A stretch of 59,251 nt of DNA, the filler included, from Sphacelaria rigidula (Eukaryota): the NCBI GenBank assembly GCA_964200075.2. It is 9 parts of 9 records of this genome, joined end to end, with 100 filler letters (N's around TTAATTAATTAA, not from the genome) between each part and the next. Parts side by side here need not be neighbours in the genome. Positions count along the whole stretch, not along the records: positions 32,976 to 39,469 come from CAXNAA020019745.1; positions 39,570 to 46,063 come from CAXNAA020019746.1; positions 46,164 to 52,657 come from CAXNAA020019747.1; 6 more parts are not named here. The stretch is one strand, 5' to 3'. Positions 36,337 to 49,686 of the stretch are shown here, piece by piece. The notes beneath the pieces were generated by a model. That model saw nothing but the letters and a program-made list of their open reading frames with translations, did not search any database and was not told where the DNA came from. Positions within the stretch are counted from its first letter, which is position 1. Each line of letters opens with the position of its first letter. The position numbers were made by a program, and so were the translations under genes.

Positions 36337-36687
36337 GTACGTACAAGATGTGTGTGGGGATATATGGCGGAGGGTGGTATGTTGTTCTTGATTGATTGGT
36401 TGGTTGACTTTTGGATATTAACTGATCCCTGAGAGATCCAGCCATGGTGACGGCATGTCACGTCACGAGTGATGACGCGGTAGCCCCCCTTCCCAAGTCT
36501 GGTCCGGTGAGAAAACCCGGCGTGCTCCTTCCCCGCTTTGTAGGGATGCGAGGTCAATGTGTGGAAGAAACGTAATGAGCGCCAGCATGTTGAAGGTGTC
36601 TCTATTATGAGTAGTAGGGAGTAGTAACGTCTGCAACCACGGGTTCGCGAGATCGGGCTAATGTGCAGAAAAATAATAATGGTGATG

Positions 36688-36688
<1 letters not shown>

Positions 36689-36753
<65 letters not shown>
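36689..36753. repeat. (AAT)n microsatellite
   Basis: Directly visible. Confidence 0.97.
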
Positions 36754-36755
<2 letters not shown>

Positions 36756-38450
36756 CGGTGCTCCGTCCCAAAAGGGATGCGTGGTTAATGGTCACACGAC
36801 TAGGGCAAGCAACACATGAGTACGCCCCCCCGCCCCCCAAATCAGTCCCAAAACTGTCACGGAGAAAATGGCCATACAGCGCATCAGAGCTGGAGTCAGA
36901 CTGCATGAAGCGCCTCAGCCTCATACGAGTGACCCTGATCAAGAACGATCCCAAGCTTGGGAGTTCCCTGCTGCTCGGTGTGGACGGCTTTTGTCGTTTT
37001 GATTTTACATGTACATTTTGCCCCCTCAAACCAGCCACTTTTCTGGGCGGAGGGGGAGGGGGGGGACTATCGCGGCATCAGTCTCACGTATCCCAAGTGA
37101 ATGAAACAAGAATACCCGCTGAAGGAAAACTAGAGCAAGGTAGACAATAGATTTCATTATTAAAAAGTGTAGAAACGTGAAGTATCGACTATCGCGTCTA
37201 TTTCAATAGACAAAAGATTCCAAACTGTGCGCAGTACATTTTTTCACAACTGAATCCATTGTACAGGGTGCGGAAAGAACAATCGGATCTTCGTGATCAC
37301 GTGCAAGTTCCTCATGAAGGACACTTTCTACGATAGCCCCCACCCAAAAAGCGCCTGGGTTGGCGAGGCAGAATGTTCACGTAAATCGAAGCGGAAAAGT
37401 TCGAGCACAACGAGCAGCTGGGAATTCCCACGCTTGGGTTCGTTCACGCAAAGTCGCCCAAACACATGCGCAGTATGTCTCGTGACATTTTTGGACTGGT
37501 TTGGGGGGGGTAACGTGAAAAATGGCAAAGGTGATGTTGTTGGTTTGCGAGTTGATTGTCCCATCATGTCGAGACATGGAACTCCATGTGCGCGCCTGCT
37601 GCATTTTCCCGACTGCAATACAATTGAAAACGATTTTATGCGATGACATGTGTCTTCATCAAAATCAATGACCCTTTTCACTTGGAAAGCCATGTGTCGT
37701 ATGCGAAAACACTTCACATCAGCTCGTAGATATCCCAAAACAAAAGCAAAACAGTGTTCTGTAGGGTGCAATTTTTTTGTACACCAGCGGTATTTACCCG
37801 AATATTACTCGTACCCGAAAGTTCTGTAACATCTGTACAAAATGTTCACCCTTACCCGGGTATGGGTATGCCCTCGTAGAAATACCCGGTTGTGGGTAAG
37901 AGATCATGTACAACTTCCATGTCGTACCCGACAGGTGCTGTAAGTTGTGTAAAACTTCCATACCATACCCGGCAGGTTCTATAAATTCTGTGAGCCTTCC
38001 ATACCGGTTCTCGACAGTTGTGTGGGTTCCGTTGGAAATATCATGCCCTACAGAACACAACCTTGAACCCTAATTTAGCTTGCCATTCCGCCGTGCGCCA
38101 CTGGTGTTTCTGATCCATGTTGACACTGGTTAAGGTTGAGTTGATCGTTTGAAGCCCATCAGATTTTTTTTTCGCTTTTTACGCCGTAAATACGAGAGCA
38201 CGTGAGTAATGTAGCGGGGAAACTTTGACGAGAATTGGCGCGGTGCGAAAGTGCCGATCCAATCTTTTCCGTAACATAATATGGGGGCAGATATCGGACG
38301 AGAGGAAAAATATGGGTTTCAGCTCCTGAGACGACGTCGCAAGAGAGGCGGTTTAAAAGTATGACGAAAAAGCGAATGGTACACACACTTGTTTTTTATT
38401 GGGTACGTCTTGTCATGTGACCACGGTTGGATCCCTGGGGGGTCAGTTAA

Positions 38451-39469
38451 CCCTTTTGGGACCGGGCCTCCAGAACAACCAATGAGGCTGGTCAGGAATG
38501 ACGTGTCTGGCGTAATTTATGCACGAAACACTTGCGTGTTGCTTGAGATCCGCGTATGTAACCGCAGTGTTATGACGAAGATCAAAAGTTTCATGTATTT
38601 ATTTTCAGGTGCAGGGTGCGCATCGGGTGGTGCATCTCATGTAGCAAGCAGTGTGGGTCGTGCTAAAGAGCTTCCAACAGGATGCGGCGACCGGCGAGCC
38701 GCCCGCCACTTGTGGCTTCGGATGATACTTTTGTCCCCACCACCTTGCCACGAAGCCCTTCGTGATCGGGGTGGGCCGCCATTCCCCCCCTTGTTGCATG
38801 CGGCAGATTCTCTTCGAAGGGTATCAGCGTGAAGGCGCGCATGCATCCAACATTATATATTAGTACAGTACAGTGCAGTAAGCCTCTCCGACTGAAGCAG
38901 CAGCTGCCTTTACATCGTCCCTTGCACGTTCTGGGCAATTCTCAGCTACCTACATACAGCTTTGTCATCCCTGTCCACTACATACATGTGGACTGCACAC
39001 TGCAAGTCATCGGCAGAGGGATGCGCAGAATTCATTACGGTAGCTTTTTTTGTCTTTCTACAGTCCACCTGGATTTTGTGCCTTGTGAGGATAACCACAT
39101 GGTGGCGCGTACACTCCCTTCCGTTTTTTTTCCGGTCCACCCTGTGTTAGTGTAAGTTACTACGTTTCAGTATAAAATTGGGACGCAAAAAACTCGCCGG
39201 AAAAACTTGGGAACGGTATACTGAGTGCACGTAATACTATAAAACCAAGCTACGACCACCCTGCACTTGGAAACCTGGGAAGGCTTTTCTGGGCCAGGGA
39301 TAGGGCCCCCACACGATCTTTGCAGTAGCATCACACTCGACAGCAATCCCCCGCTGGTCGTTCGGGTCTGGTCGATACATTTCGCCTCGTCGTGATTAGG
39401 CAGGTCGCTCGAAGACTTACTTTTTATTTTTCCACTAACACAGGGTCAACCATGTGTTAGTGGGGGGGG
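38451..39469. mobile_element. Second, inverted copy of the ~1-kb piggyBac-like element, truncated at the gap
   Basis: Starts TTAA|cccttttgggaccgggcc. The interior is the reverse complement of ~8420-9433. Confidence 0.85.
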
Positions 39470-40391
39470 NNNNNNNNNNNNNNNNNNNNNNNNNNNNNNN
39501 NNNNNNNNNNNNNTTAATTAATTAANNNNNNNNNNNNNNNNNNNNNNNNNNNNNNNNNNNNNNNNNNNNACCACGGCGCTTCACGCTTGGTGATTGAGTA
39601 CGAGCGGGGTCCGGCGAGAACCCGGCGTGCTCCGTCCTGGCTTTGTAGGGATGCGAGATCAATGATCTTATGACTACGGTATGCATAGTCACGAGTAACC
39701 CCCCCCCCCCTCCCAATAGAAGTTGCGGTCATTGGCTAATAGTAGTGGTATGTGGACTCCATTGGAATATGACTCATTTGGAGTTAGTGGGTGGATCGAA
39801 GGGAGCCCCGCGAGATCGATATGCTCCTGTCGCGGCTGCTGCTACGTGCCCATGTGATAGATTGCAGGCGGGACATATGAAAACACCAACAGAAATACAG
39901 AGGAAGATGGAAGTAGCGGGCGAGAAAATAGATACATGTGCAATCCATAAAGCAACGTATGAACAACACAGAAGGAAGGACAGCTGTGCTGGGATATTTT
40001 ATTCATCAACGATATTTTTTCGCGGTGTCTTCCTGATACGTTGTTTCGAAGGTCTAGGTAGTTAAGGGTATACACTTGTTGAATTGCACACCCTGGGTAA
40101 TGACAATATATGAGATCGCCAGTAAGAGTACTGCGTACAGTATCGAATCTAGTGTCTAGTACAATAGACGCAATAGTCGATACTGTACGCGGTACACTCT
40201 TTTTTTGACAAAGCTTTTGTGGAATGATACTACACTTCCAACTCGTTCATGTAACACGCTTTCACGGGGCGTCACATGTCCAATCAACACGGGTACCATC
40301 ACGGATGACGCCACCGTCGTTTCGTTTCGGTTGCCCCCGCGCGCGCCATGTGTTACCTGATGCTTTGATCGGCCCATTTTCGATCGGCAAG

Positions 40392-41513
40392 GCGACCCGT
40401 CGACGGATTTCTATCTCGAGGGGAGCCGTGGTGGGTCATTCTGTCCAGCGGACGGGGGGGAACCGATCTCCTTGGGGTCGTACCCGTGTTGGTGGAGAAT
40501 TTGGGCAGCGGACTTGCGGACTGCAAGGTGGGTGGGGTACTGTCGGCCAAGTGAGGAGGGGGTGGCTGGCGGGGATCGCGCGTTACAGGGACGGACCCCC
40601 GATGGGGTTGGCGTCGGTTGGCAATGACGTTGTACAACACGCTACTCCTTGCTTCACTTTCTGATATTGTGGGTTACCGGTTTTTTGCGCACTTGAGTTT
40701 TTTTTTTCGGAAATCAAGGTAGTGGTCAAGTTGGATCATATTGTGCGCGGTGGGAAAACCTCAATTCTGCGCAAAGGGGATGGTCACCCTGCGTAGTAAT
40801 TTGGATGACGAGACACCCATGGGGCAGTGTGGAACCCGTGGCTGTTTCTGGAAGTGGCGATACCAGAAAGTGAAGCAACATGCGCGACTGCTATCCGTAT
40901 GCGACATCATCAATACGCTTCGGGCCGAACAATTTGAGCAGGATGCAGATCAGCTCCGCACAATGGGAATGATCGTACTACGTAGTGTTCAAATGGTGAG
41001 ACACCCATGAGGAAGGGTATAAGCCGTGGCTGTCTCTGGAAGTCACGATATCAGAAAAATGAAGCAACTTATTGTAGGTTGTCATCCAAATGCAAGATAA
41101 TTTGTAGGCTTCTGGCCGAACAATCTCAGCAGGATGCAGCGTCACCCTTCATGCGACTCGCCCAACACATGACGGCGCTTCGCGCTTGGTGACTGAGTGC
41201 AAGCCTGGTCCGGCGAGAACCCGGCATGCTCCGTCCCGGCTTCGTAGGGATGCGAGGCCAATGGTCTCATGACTACGGCATGCAAGATCATGAGACCACA
41301 CCCCCCCTCCCGCCCCCACGTTCCCCACGCCCCCCTCCTCTCTTCGGTACAAAGCAGATCAAGTTCGATGCACCTCGGCGGGCTTGCATGATGCCGCTGA
41401 CCGTTAGTGTGAAGAGCCCCGTCTTCGTCGGGGTGGACTGCGAGGGGAGTACTGCCTTGAGGGTGTACAGGCACGATGAAATCAAGGAGGATTATGACAC
41501 GGGTGGCTGGTAG
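40392..41513 (+). CDS. Sec63/Brl-domain protein, last two exons 40392-40527 and 41358-41513
   Basis: Spliced translation RPVDGFLSRGEPWWVILSSGRGGTDLLGVVPVLVENLGSGLADCK|IKFDAPRRACMMPLTVSVKSPVFVGVDCEGSTALRVYRHDEIKEDYDTGGW*. It fits the E-x-WW...F-x-AP...S-xx-(Y/F)-x-G-x-D pattern of the C-terminal Ig-like Sec63 subdomain. Phase-0 intron AAG|gtgggt...cag|ATC. Confidence 0.75.
40725..41302 (-). mobile_element. Family A copy with a partial tandem duplication, inside the Sec63-domain gene intron
   Basis: Reverse complement of family A. The gagacacccat...gcaggatgcag segment occurs twice (~40810-40950 and ~40999-41140). Confidence 0.85.
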
Positions 41514-44034
41514 CCACGTGAAAATGTCCTCATATCATGTGGGGATTCCGGTGTGCTTCTCGTGAGCTGGTTTGTCGACTCGGTCATCCAACTCTGTGGT
41601 TAATGGCTACGGTAGATTCGTGATGGGAAGGAGGGGGATACTCATGATCTTGCATGCCGTAGTCATCTGACCATTTGACCTCGCATCCCTACAAAGCCGG
41701 GACGGAGCACGCTGAGTTTTCCTCGGACCAGGCTCGCCGTGATGGGGGGGGGGGGTACCTAGTCCATGAACTTTCCAATTACATGCAGTGAGTCATGAAT
41801 CTGGTCGGTGGATTTTATGCGGTCGTCGGGGTTTTTGAATTTATCGCTGTTGAAGGCCTGGACCTAAAAGTCGGTCAGGCATGTACGATCAGATGTGGTT
41901 CTAGTCGTGAGAGACTTGGTGGAGGGGGAGGATAGGTGTGGGCTCGTCAAGTTGATGGTCGTTAGCGTGTGTCCATTATGTCGGGCGTAAGCTAGATCTC
42001 CTCCAGTACGGACCAGGTCACGGGGTTTGCGGTGAGTACTCATATATTTCCCCCCTTCCTATTAGGCAATGGTCTTATGACTATGACATGCATGATCATG
42101 AGCACACCCTGAGTACACCCCTTCCTATTAGGCGGCTCTTGAGCTTTTGTCAAAAGCTACCTACTGGTGGGGAAAAATGATGAGTGCTATAGTGGTGAAC
42201 TCCGTGACCCGACGCCTGAGTGTGGGCGTAAGCGCTGGGTAACAGGTCTTGGATAGTGAGACGCCAAATGCCCAGTTAGAAGGAATTCTCGTGAGCTTCA
42301 ACCGGGTACCGCAGGTGAGGGTATACACGATGAGTTCTTGGGACCCTCAGGAGTCATATATCAGGTGTCTTTGAAGTAGTGAAAAACTGTACAACGTATC
42401 CCGATACAGTACCGTAGATATGAAACATCGTCACCCGGGAGTGATGTATCATTACTATTTCTTTGTTTTTTTCATTTCTCGCACTTTGAACCCCTTCCCT
42501 TTCTCGGGACGAGTCTGTGGTCTCAAAGGGTCAACTCATCTCTCTCCGGTAATATAATCTGCCGGGGATTTACGTCATCATCCACCGTTGGCAGTCACGA
42601 GCTTGAAGAGTAGGTTTAGTGGTCGCCCCAACAGTGTTTTTGATGAGTTGGCGTGCATGCTAGAAATAGTGCACGGAAACGCGGAATTATGAAGGGAGTG
42701 TTGATCAGGGGGAAAAGCTGGAGTGAAGATGAAGAAACAGTGTCTCGTAGATTTAATTCGGAATAGATCAGAATATTTCTCAAAACGCGATGCGGATTTT
42801 CTTCGCACATGAAGCTCTCGTCGAGCTTTTTTTCCCCCCGTTCATTCCGTTGTCGTTCCTCGCTCTGCGGTTGCGTAAATTTGTGTGACTTCGACTCCGG
42901 CGTCTGGGACTTTTCATCTTTGGCTTCCTCTTCCTTTTTTGATTTTCTGGAGGTCCATCGAGGTCTACAGAAGTCTGTACGTCATATCCGAAATGTAGTT
43001 GAAATAACTAACGTGCTATGTATACTTGTCGATTTCCCGGCAGTCGGGACGGAGTGCCCACTGTCACGCCAAAAATTGTACATGTTGCATTACGATGTAA
43101 GAGAATGGTCTGCGGCCTCACCCGATGTGGGCGGGGCCATCATTTACGGTTCAAAACAGTGCCTGGGTGTTCGTCAAGAGCCCTATATTCAAACATTTAT
43201 TTCTTGAATCCAAGTGGCGTGTACTGTTTTCATTATTAGGAGACTGGACACCTGTCCCCCTCTACATGATTGACGAACGAATGAGAGAAGGCATGAGTTA
43301 TTATTTCATTGTCAACAAGTCTTAGTTTACTGCTTGATGAGACGAAATATCATCCGTGTTACGTGCTGCGCAGTTTGTTTCATCACAAAGCTTCTCCGCC
43401 CGTAGCGTTAGGCAGCAAACGGTCAAATGCCTCACAAGGTCAATAACATCCGTCGTTTAGTTGAAGGAAATGCATATGTTTCCCATTTCACTATGTTTCT
43501 CGGTGTGGATGCCCTCAGGAGACAGCCAGAGCTGCGCCTCCTCGTTCGCGCATGTCACTTGAAACCGTCCTCAGCAAGAGTCTTCCCATGAGGGGTGAAT
43601 ACAGCACAGGAAACATGTTGGAGAACTCAACACGTTCATTTCTTGTTTTCTTGTCATTTTGGGTGCAGGCAGTGCTCATCACTGGTGGTGTATGTCCCGG
43701 CTGGCACCCTATGAAGTTGTGTGAACAGTGCCAACACGGGATATTTCAAATGGCGGGTGTGTTTTCTTCTAGGGATGAACAAGGTCGCGGATCACGACCG
43801 GAGAGTGCATTTGTAATTCTTTTTCGACATATTATTTCGATGCGTGTGAAGCTTCCCGAGGTTCATCCCCAACAATACAAGACCCATCCCCAGTTTGTAA
43901 AATCACGCGCGTGGTTGCTTCCGATTTAGACGTGACACTGCTCAATCGGAGCGCTTCCGATGTTCGTGCCCCTGCGTCACCCCGCAGTGCCATGGATGGC
44001 GGGAAATAACATCCCTGTCCCGGGTGCATAGATC

Positions 44035-45257
44035 CAAGGGTAGGTCGAGTAGAGTATACTCAATTCTCAGTATTTTTGAAGAATCATACTTTTAGTACTC
44101 GAAGTTTGAGTGGAGTATTTGAGATCATAAAATACTCAACGTATTCAAAATTTGAGTAGAGTATTGAGGTCATACTCAAGCGATACTCTATACTCAGAGT
44201 ATTACTGAGAGTGCTTACTCAACATTCGAGTAGAGTTTTTGAGGTCGTACTCGATCTACTCAAAATTCGAGTAGAGTATTGGAGGCCGTACTCTCGTACA
44301 CAAAAATTGAGTAGGGTATTTGAGGCCGAACTCGATCTGCTCAAAACTTGAGTAGAGTATCGGAGGCCGGGTCCGATGTACCAAAACCTATACCTTCAAC
44401 GTATTTCTTCCTCTGGCGACTGTTGCGATGTTTCCCCGTCTTGCACTATTTCCACCGCTGACTCTCCCGTGGAGGAGTCACATAATATGTGGCCAGTAGA
44501 GTCGCTCATTTTGATAATACCTACTCGACTACTCGTCTATTCGATTACTCCATAATGATGAGTAGCGCTCTGTACTGAAAGTAATATCGACGGCGTTGCG
44601 AAGTATCGAGTATGAACTGCCGTGGGTGGGGGATGGTGAGATTGGGCGCTGGGGCAGGTAGGTTCACTCATCTGCACGCTATTTTTATTTTTTTATGGTC
44701 ATCGTTCGCCCATGCATTCAACATAGTCTGTAAAGTGACGTCACGAAGTCGCCGACGGTCAGGGGCACTCACCATACCCAAGGGGTACTCTATACTCAAG
44801 TATTACTGAGAGTGGTTACTCAATATTTGAGTAGAGTATTCGAGGTCGTACTCGACGTTCTCAAAATTTGAGTAGAGTATTTGAGGCCGTACTCGACGTT
44901 CTCAGAATTTGAGTAGAGTATTTGAGATCATACTCAACGTACTCAACATTTGAGTAGAGTATTGCAGGCCGTACTCGACGTACTCAAAATTTGAGTAGAG
45001 TATTGAGGTCATACTCAGGTGATACTCTATACTCGAGTATTGCTGAGAGTGCTCACTCAATATTTGAAAAGAGTATTTGAGATCGTACTCGACGTACTCA
45101 AATTTTGAGTAGAGTATTGGAGGCCGTACTCGACGTACTATAAGTTTGAGTAGTGTATTTGAGGCCGTACTCGACCTACTCAAACGTCGAGTAGAGTAAA
45201 TACTCGAGTATTTTACTCGAGTAGTCAAAAGTACATACTCTACTCGACCTACCCTTG
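44035..45257. mobile_element. 1.22-kb TIR element filled with ~41-bp hairpin tandem repeats
   Basis: Perfect 23-bp TIR caagggtaggtcgagtagagtat / atactctactcgacctacccttg. The unit TACTCAAAATTTGAGTAGAGTATTTGAGGCCGTACTCGACG is arrayed at ~44090-44380 and ~44785-45230. Confidence 0.85.
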
Positions 45258-46010
45258 AAAACCTCGCTGAAGAAAAAACAAAAAACAGAAAAGGTAGAAC
45301 AGAACAACAGAGTGAACTAGTAACTGAAAAAAAACGGAGCACGAAGGATATTATTGATTTTTAATCGATTGATTGTCGGACCTTAACAGACCACTAATGG
45401 GTCCAGTCATGGTCGCATGATAGACGTACCCACGAAAAGCAAGACTGAAACACTCGTTCAAAAAATCGAAAGAGCAGAAAAAAATCGAACAGAACGACAT
45501 AGTAGAATAGGACGTAAATATATATAAATATATATGATAAAGGGCAAGCGTCATTTTATCTGTGGTTGTTCTTGCTCACCCTGTGGTGAGATTAGATTCG
45601 TTGCGAAGGCTGACCCCCATGAAGCGCTCGTAATTCCCAAGGTCGAGATCAGTTTCGCCACCATCATCCAGTACAAAAACCTGACGCAATGAAAAAATAG
45701 AAACGCACGAACATCCCACAAGAAGGGAATGACGGGAAATTAAAAAACAAAGCACCCTCCCAGGTATTTAGCTTTGACATGCACATATAGTGAATCGTGA
45801 CACACGGACCCACATACAATGGATTATGACACATCAACTGTAGACGTGAGAGAAGGGAAACGTTTTTTTTCTCTATTTTTCCGTTTCACACCAATGTTGT
45901 TGGAGTTTTCTTCCGTAGACCGTTTCTTACACTTTTTGTTCTCAGTTTGGGGACATTTGATGCAGCTCTTGGCCCCTAAACAGGTGAATTCACGATCACA
46001 TGAGCCGGTC

Positions 46011-46063
46011 GCCCCGGTGGCTCAGTTGGTAACCTCGTAACCTTCTGAAAGTTGAGTTGTGGG
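46011..46063 (+). mobile_element. tRNA-derived SINE head truncated by the contig end
   Basis: gccccggTGGCTCAGTTGGtaacctcgtaac..; near-identical to 6437-6496. Confidence 0.7.
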
Positions 46064-46163
46064 NNNNNNNNNNNNNNNNNNNNNNNNNNNNNNNNNNNNN
46101 NNNNNNNTTAATTAATTAANNNNNNNNNNNNNNNNNNNNNNNNNNNNNNNNNNNNNNNNNNNN

Positions 46164-49100
46164 TTTATCCTCTCGACTTTTCTTTTTTTCTTGTAGGGTT
46201 GTGGGGTTGTGGTGGTGGGGTGTGTTGGGTTGGGCGGCAACGCGGGTGTATGAGCGATATTGCAAGCTCGCAGACGCTCCATGATAAAATCATGATGGTC
46301 CCTCTTCCCTTGCGGGACTGTGACTTGCACCCTTGTTCGGTTCACCACTTTTATACCTACCCCTCACCACATTGGGAACAGAGGGGACGGGGGGCAGCGA
46401 AACCAAAGACGGCGGGACATACACCCAGGTGAAAACGTGCACGGAATCAACCCGCTGCGCCGGCGCGCGTTCATCAACGGCCCGTGATCCTCACCGGAAC
46501 TTCGCAAGTGTCGACCCGCAATCAGCCAAAACGCCAACTTTCACTCCAACGTTTTTTTTCGATCGTGTGTGGTGCAGCGCCAGTGCAAATCAAGCGAGGC
46601 CAGAAATTTGAAGTAGTGGGAGCATTCTAGTTTATCCTTCGATGGCGACTTTTTGTTCAGGCTTTTACGAGTACCACGTGCGGATTTCATCATGGGCACC
46701 AGGCGCTCGAGACTGTGAGGCAGCTACTTTCCCACCACATGTTCCGTACGTGTCTTCTAGATGGATCCCAAAGAGACAACACGATCATGATTGGACGGCA
46801 ACAACTCGTGACAGGGGGATCAGCAAAGAGGAATATATAAAAGCAATGGAACATACGCATGACGTCACGTATTTCATTAAGTCCGCATGACAGCTGTATT
46901 TGGGAAATGGTTGATAAACTGAAGCTCCGGCACCGAGGTAATGGGGGATAAATCTTGACCAAAAAGCGAGTAAACAACGATGGTTTCCCCCACGTGGTTC
47001 TCCCATCACGAAGGCACAGGCAAGACTGTGCAACAATAGTCACTCACCAACCCCGCCCTTGCCCTTCTCCATCAGAGAGTCCACGTTCTCTGCTTTCGTC
47101 AAGTCATAGCCCGATTGACGGATCTCTTGGAGCTGCACGATCAGGAAATAAAATACGGCACAAAGCGAAGCAAACAGCGACGGGGACGATTCAAGATCGG
47201 TGAAGGAACCACGGATTAACACAGAGCAGATATCATGTCAAAACCCTTGTGCTTAGCACGATCACTGGCTAGATCTCGGCTTTTTTGGCACCATGCCGTC
47301 AATATCCAGAGCGAATTTTTTGGCTCTCAAAAGATACCCCCCCACAACTATCCCTCTCAGATGTTACAAAAACTGGGACTACAGTGACACGACAAAGGGT
47401 TGTCGCACCCAACGAGCTGGCAACCCGAACGTTGACACCAGGGAGTAGGCGTACGTCACCCCGACTCCAACTAATCAAATAGCCCTCACGATTTTGGATC
47501 GATGTGGTACAAACTCAAGAATTGTTGTGACTTATAACAGGAGATACAGCTTTTCAGCCCCTGCAGAAGCTCTCGGGGCTCCCCCCTCCCCCGCGTTCAA
47601 CTGACAATGCCGGGCCTGGTGTGACAATATCTCGATTAGTGTTCCAGGAGCAACGACAACTGGTGTACACGCTGGGCAGTGCAAGTTGCTATGCTTTAAC
47701 CGACTGAGGCAGCACAATAAACGTGATAAGACACGAGCTCGTTGTGCTGAGGTTGAAACAATAAAAAGGTGTTCGTCAACCCCTCAAGTCTTCCTCGAGA
47801 GGAAAAAGGAAAATATACAATTCTTGGTGGTGACCCCTCAATAGCAACGCCGTATTGCTTCTTTTGCGTGCTCGGAATTCTTGGACGCAAATGCGGAACA
47901 GTACCACTGCCTCCCCAGCCGTTAGGACCTCACTGGGTGGGTGGGAAGGAGGGTTATTCTACAGTGTGCCGAGCTCAACGTTTGGGTGAGATTTCCGTCG
48001 AATCTAGGCCAAGAAACGTTCATTTCTCATGCCAAATGTTCAGCGTGATTGTTCAACATTTATCGTGTGTCTGAGTCATCCTACGATTGGGAGAGGGGGG
48101 GGGATTAATTGCACGAAAAACGGGCTCGTAGCTGGGTCGGGCGACCTAACTTACTCGCGGTGCCCTTGTATTGGAGTGAACATGGTTCCAAGAAGTATGA
48201 AGGTTATTTATCGGTAACAAGCGCATTCGGACGAAAGATAAGTGATACTTTCAAAGGCGATGCCAAGCGGAATTTCGAGGGAGGAATAGCCAAAATTCTC
48301 CCCCCCCACGTCCTAGAATGACTCGTCTGTCGCGTTTCCTCTTCCCCACTTTTCGTTCTGGTACAACGAAGGTCAGGGGGCGATATGCTCGGTCCTGATT
48401 GCATATACAAAACAGATAAGCCGGCACCGATATGTTCAACGAAATGTTGTCGAAGGTAAGTCCACTGAACCGTCATTGCCACCAAAATGTGCATCGGTGT
48501 GCACATCTCGTCACTGCGATATGTATCAGATGTTGCATGGCGCTGGTGCACCTTGTTCTTTCCGTCCGCCTCCCTCTTGTCCGTTACTTTGAACGGCGAC
48601 TTGTCCGATGTGTGAAACACCGAAACCGGCGCGCGATAGATCGTTCCTCGCGCTTGCTGTACTGCCATGGCAAGGCCTCGCCCTGCAGAACAGCGAGGTA
48701 GCAGGAGCGGAAGATTGGGGTCAGATTCGGTGTTGCTCCGGACGGGCTTCAAGGGTGCAACACGTTGACTGTCGGTTTGAGGGTGCACGTACATGTTTGC
48801 TTCTGTTTATTTACATACAACCCGTTGGGAGCGTGCACGGCGTACGATAACAACACCTGGCGGAAGTCGTCTACGAGCGAGGTGAAACCACCAATGCAGG
48901 ATGCGAGCGAGAACACGACGGAGAATACATTTGTACCATGTGTAACAACAGCAAAAATCGGAGGCGAATGCACACAAACGCTTGAACCTTGCCGAAGGAG
49001 CTGGTGTGCTGAGTCAAAGTGGAAGGAACTCTCGCACAAGTTTACAATATGGACAGCTCGTTTTGACCTAACGAGAACAGCACGGTGGGACCTGGGGGTG

Positions 49101-49686
49101 TGCCAGAGCACGTCAAGGTGCTTGATTCACAACGTGTCATGAAGATGGTCATGTAGATCTACTCATGGCACCACCCCTCTACTCCTCGCTGTCGTGAATC
49201 CATCGCAAAGTCTGCCTCTGTGCGATACTGTCTGTGTGGTGTGCTGAAAGGGGTATTTGTACACAACAGCTGTATCGTACCGTCTGTACCCTTGTTGTAT
49301 TACAGACAGAATGTCTCGCTCGCGGCCAATTTTGGGCGATGCGCCAAGTCAGTACAAAGTGGATAGAGAAGAGGTAGAAGGTCAAGACACAGTTGGTGAA
49401 AAAGTGTCAACAAGCGCTCAATCCGCAAGAGTATCCGCCCGGACAATCCTCGCCATAGTATCCTGCATCTTTGTTCTACCGCACCGACATCATGCTCGTA
49501 CCGCAAGGCAAAAGGGTGTCCCTAGAGATGTGACAGGCAAGACTGGTGTCTCTCCCAGGTCACAACGAGAACGAACGCCACCTTCGTCCATCGTAGACAT
49601 GCAACACACATGACGACACAGGCACTAGCATCTAGAAGAAAAAATGCTTGCACAGGATTCAACTTACGAGGTAGGAGGGACATCAT
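46164..49686 (-). CDS. Unidentified protein, 5' part, probable mitochondrial presequence: exons 49686-49668, 48682-48552, 47132-47048, 46356-(<=46164)
   Basis: Canonical splice sites in compatible phases give MMSLLPRRGLAMAVQQARGTIYRAPVSVFHTSDKSPFKVTDKREADGKNKLQEIRQSGYDLTKAENVDSLMEKGKGGVGIKVVNRTRVQVTVPQGKRDHHDFIMERLR... The N-terminus is Arg-rich and lacks acidic residues. The end of exon 4 is uncertain. Confidence 0.6.

Noticed and set aside
36658..37038. Poly-Tyr ORF
   Set aside because: (AAT)n microsatellite plus a family B repeat.
22538..41513. Functional cluster of the C5orf34-like, ABCG, SPT6 and Sec63-domain genes
   Set aside because: Each lies on a separate, arbitrarily adjacent contig.
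44090..45230. CRISPR array
   Set aside because: Whole units are repeated with no unique spacers, and the array is enclosed by TIRs.
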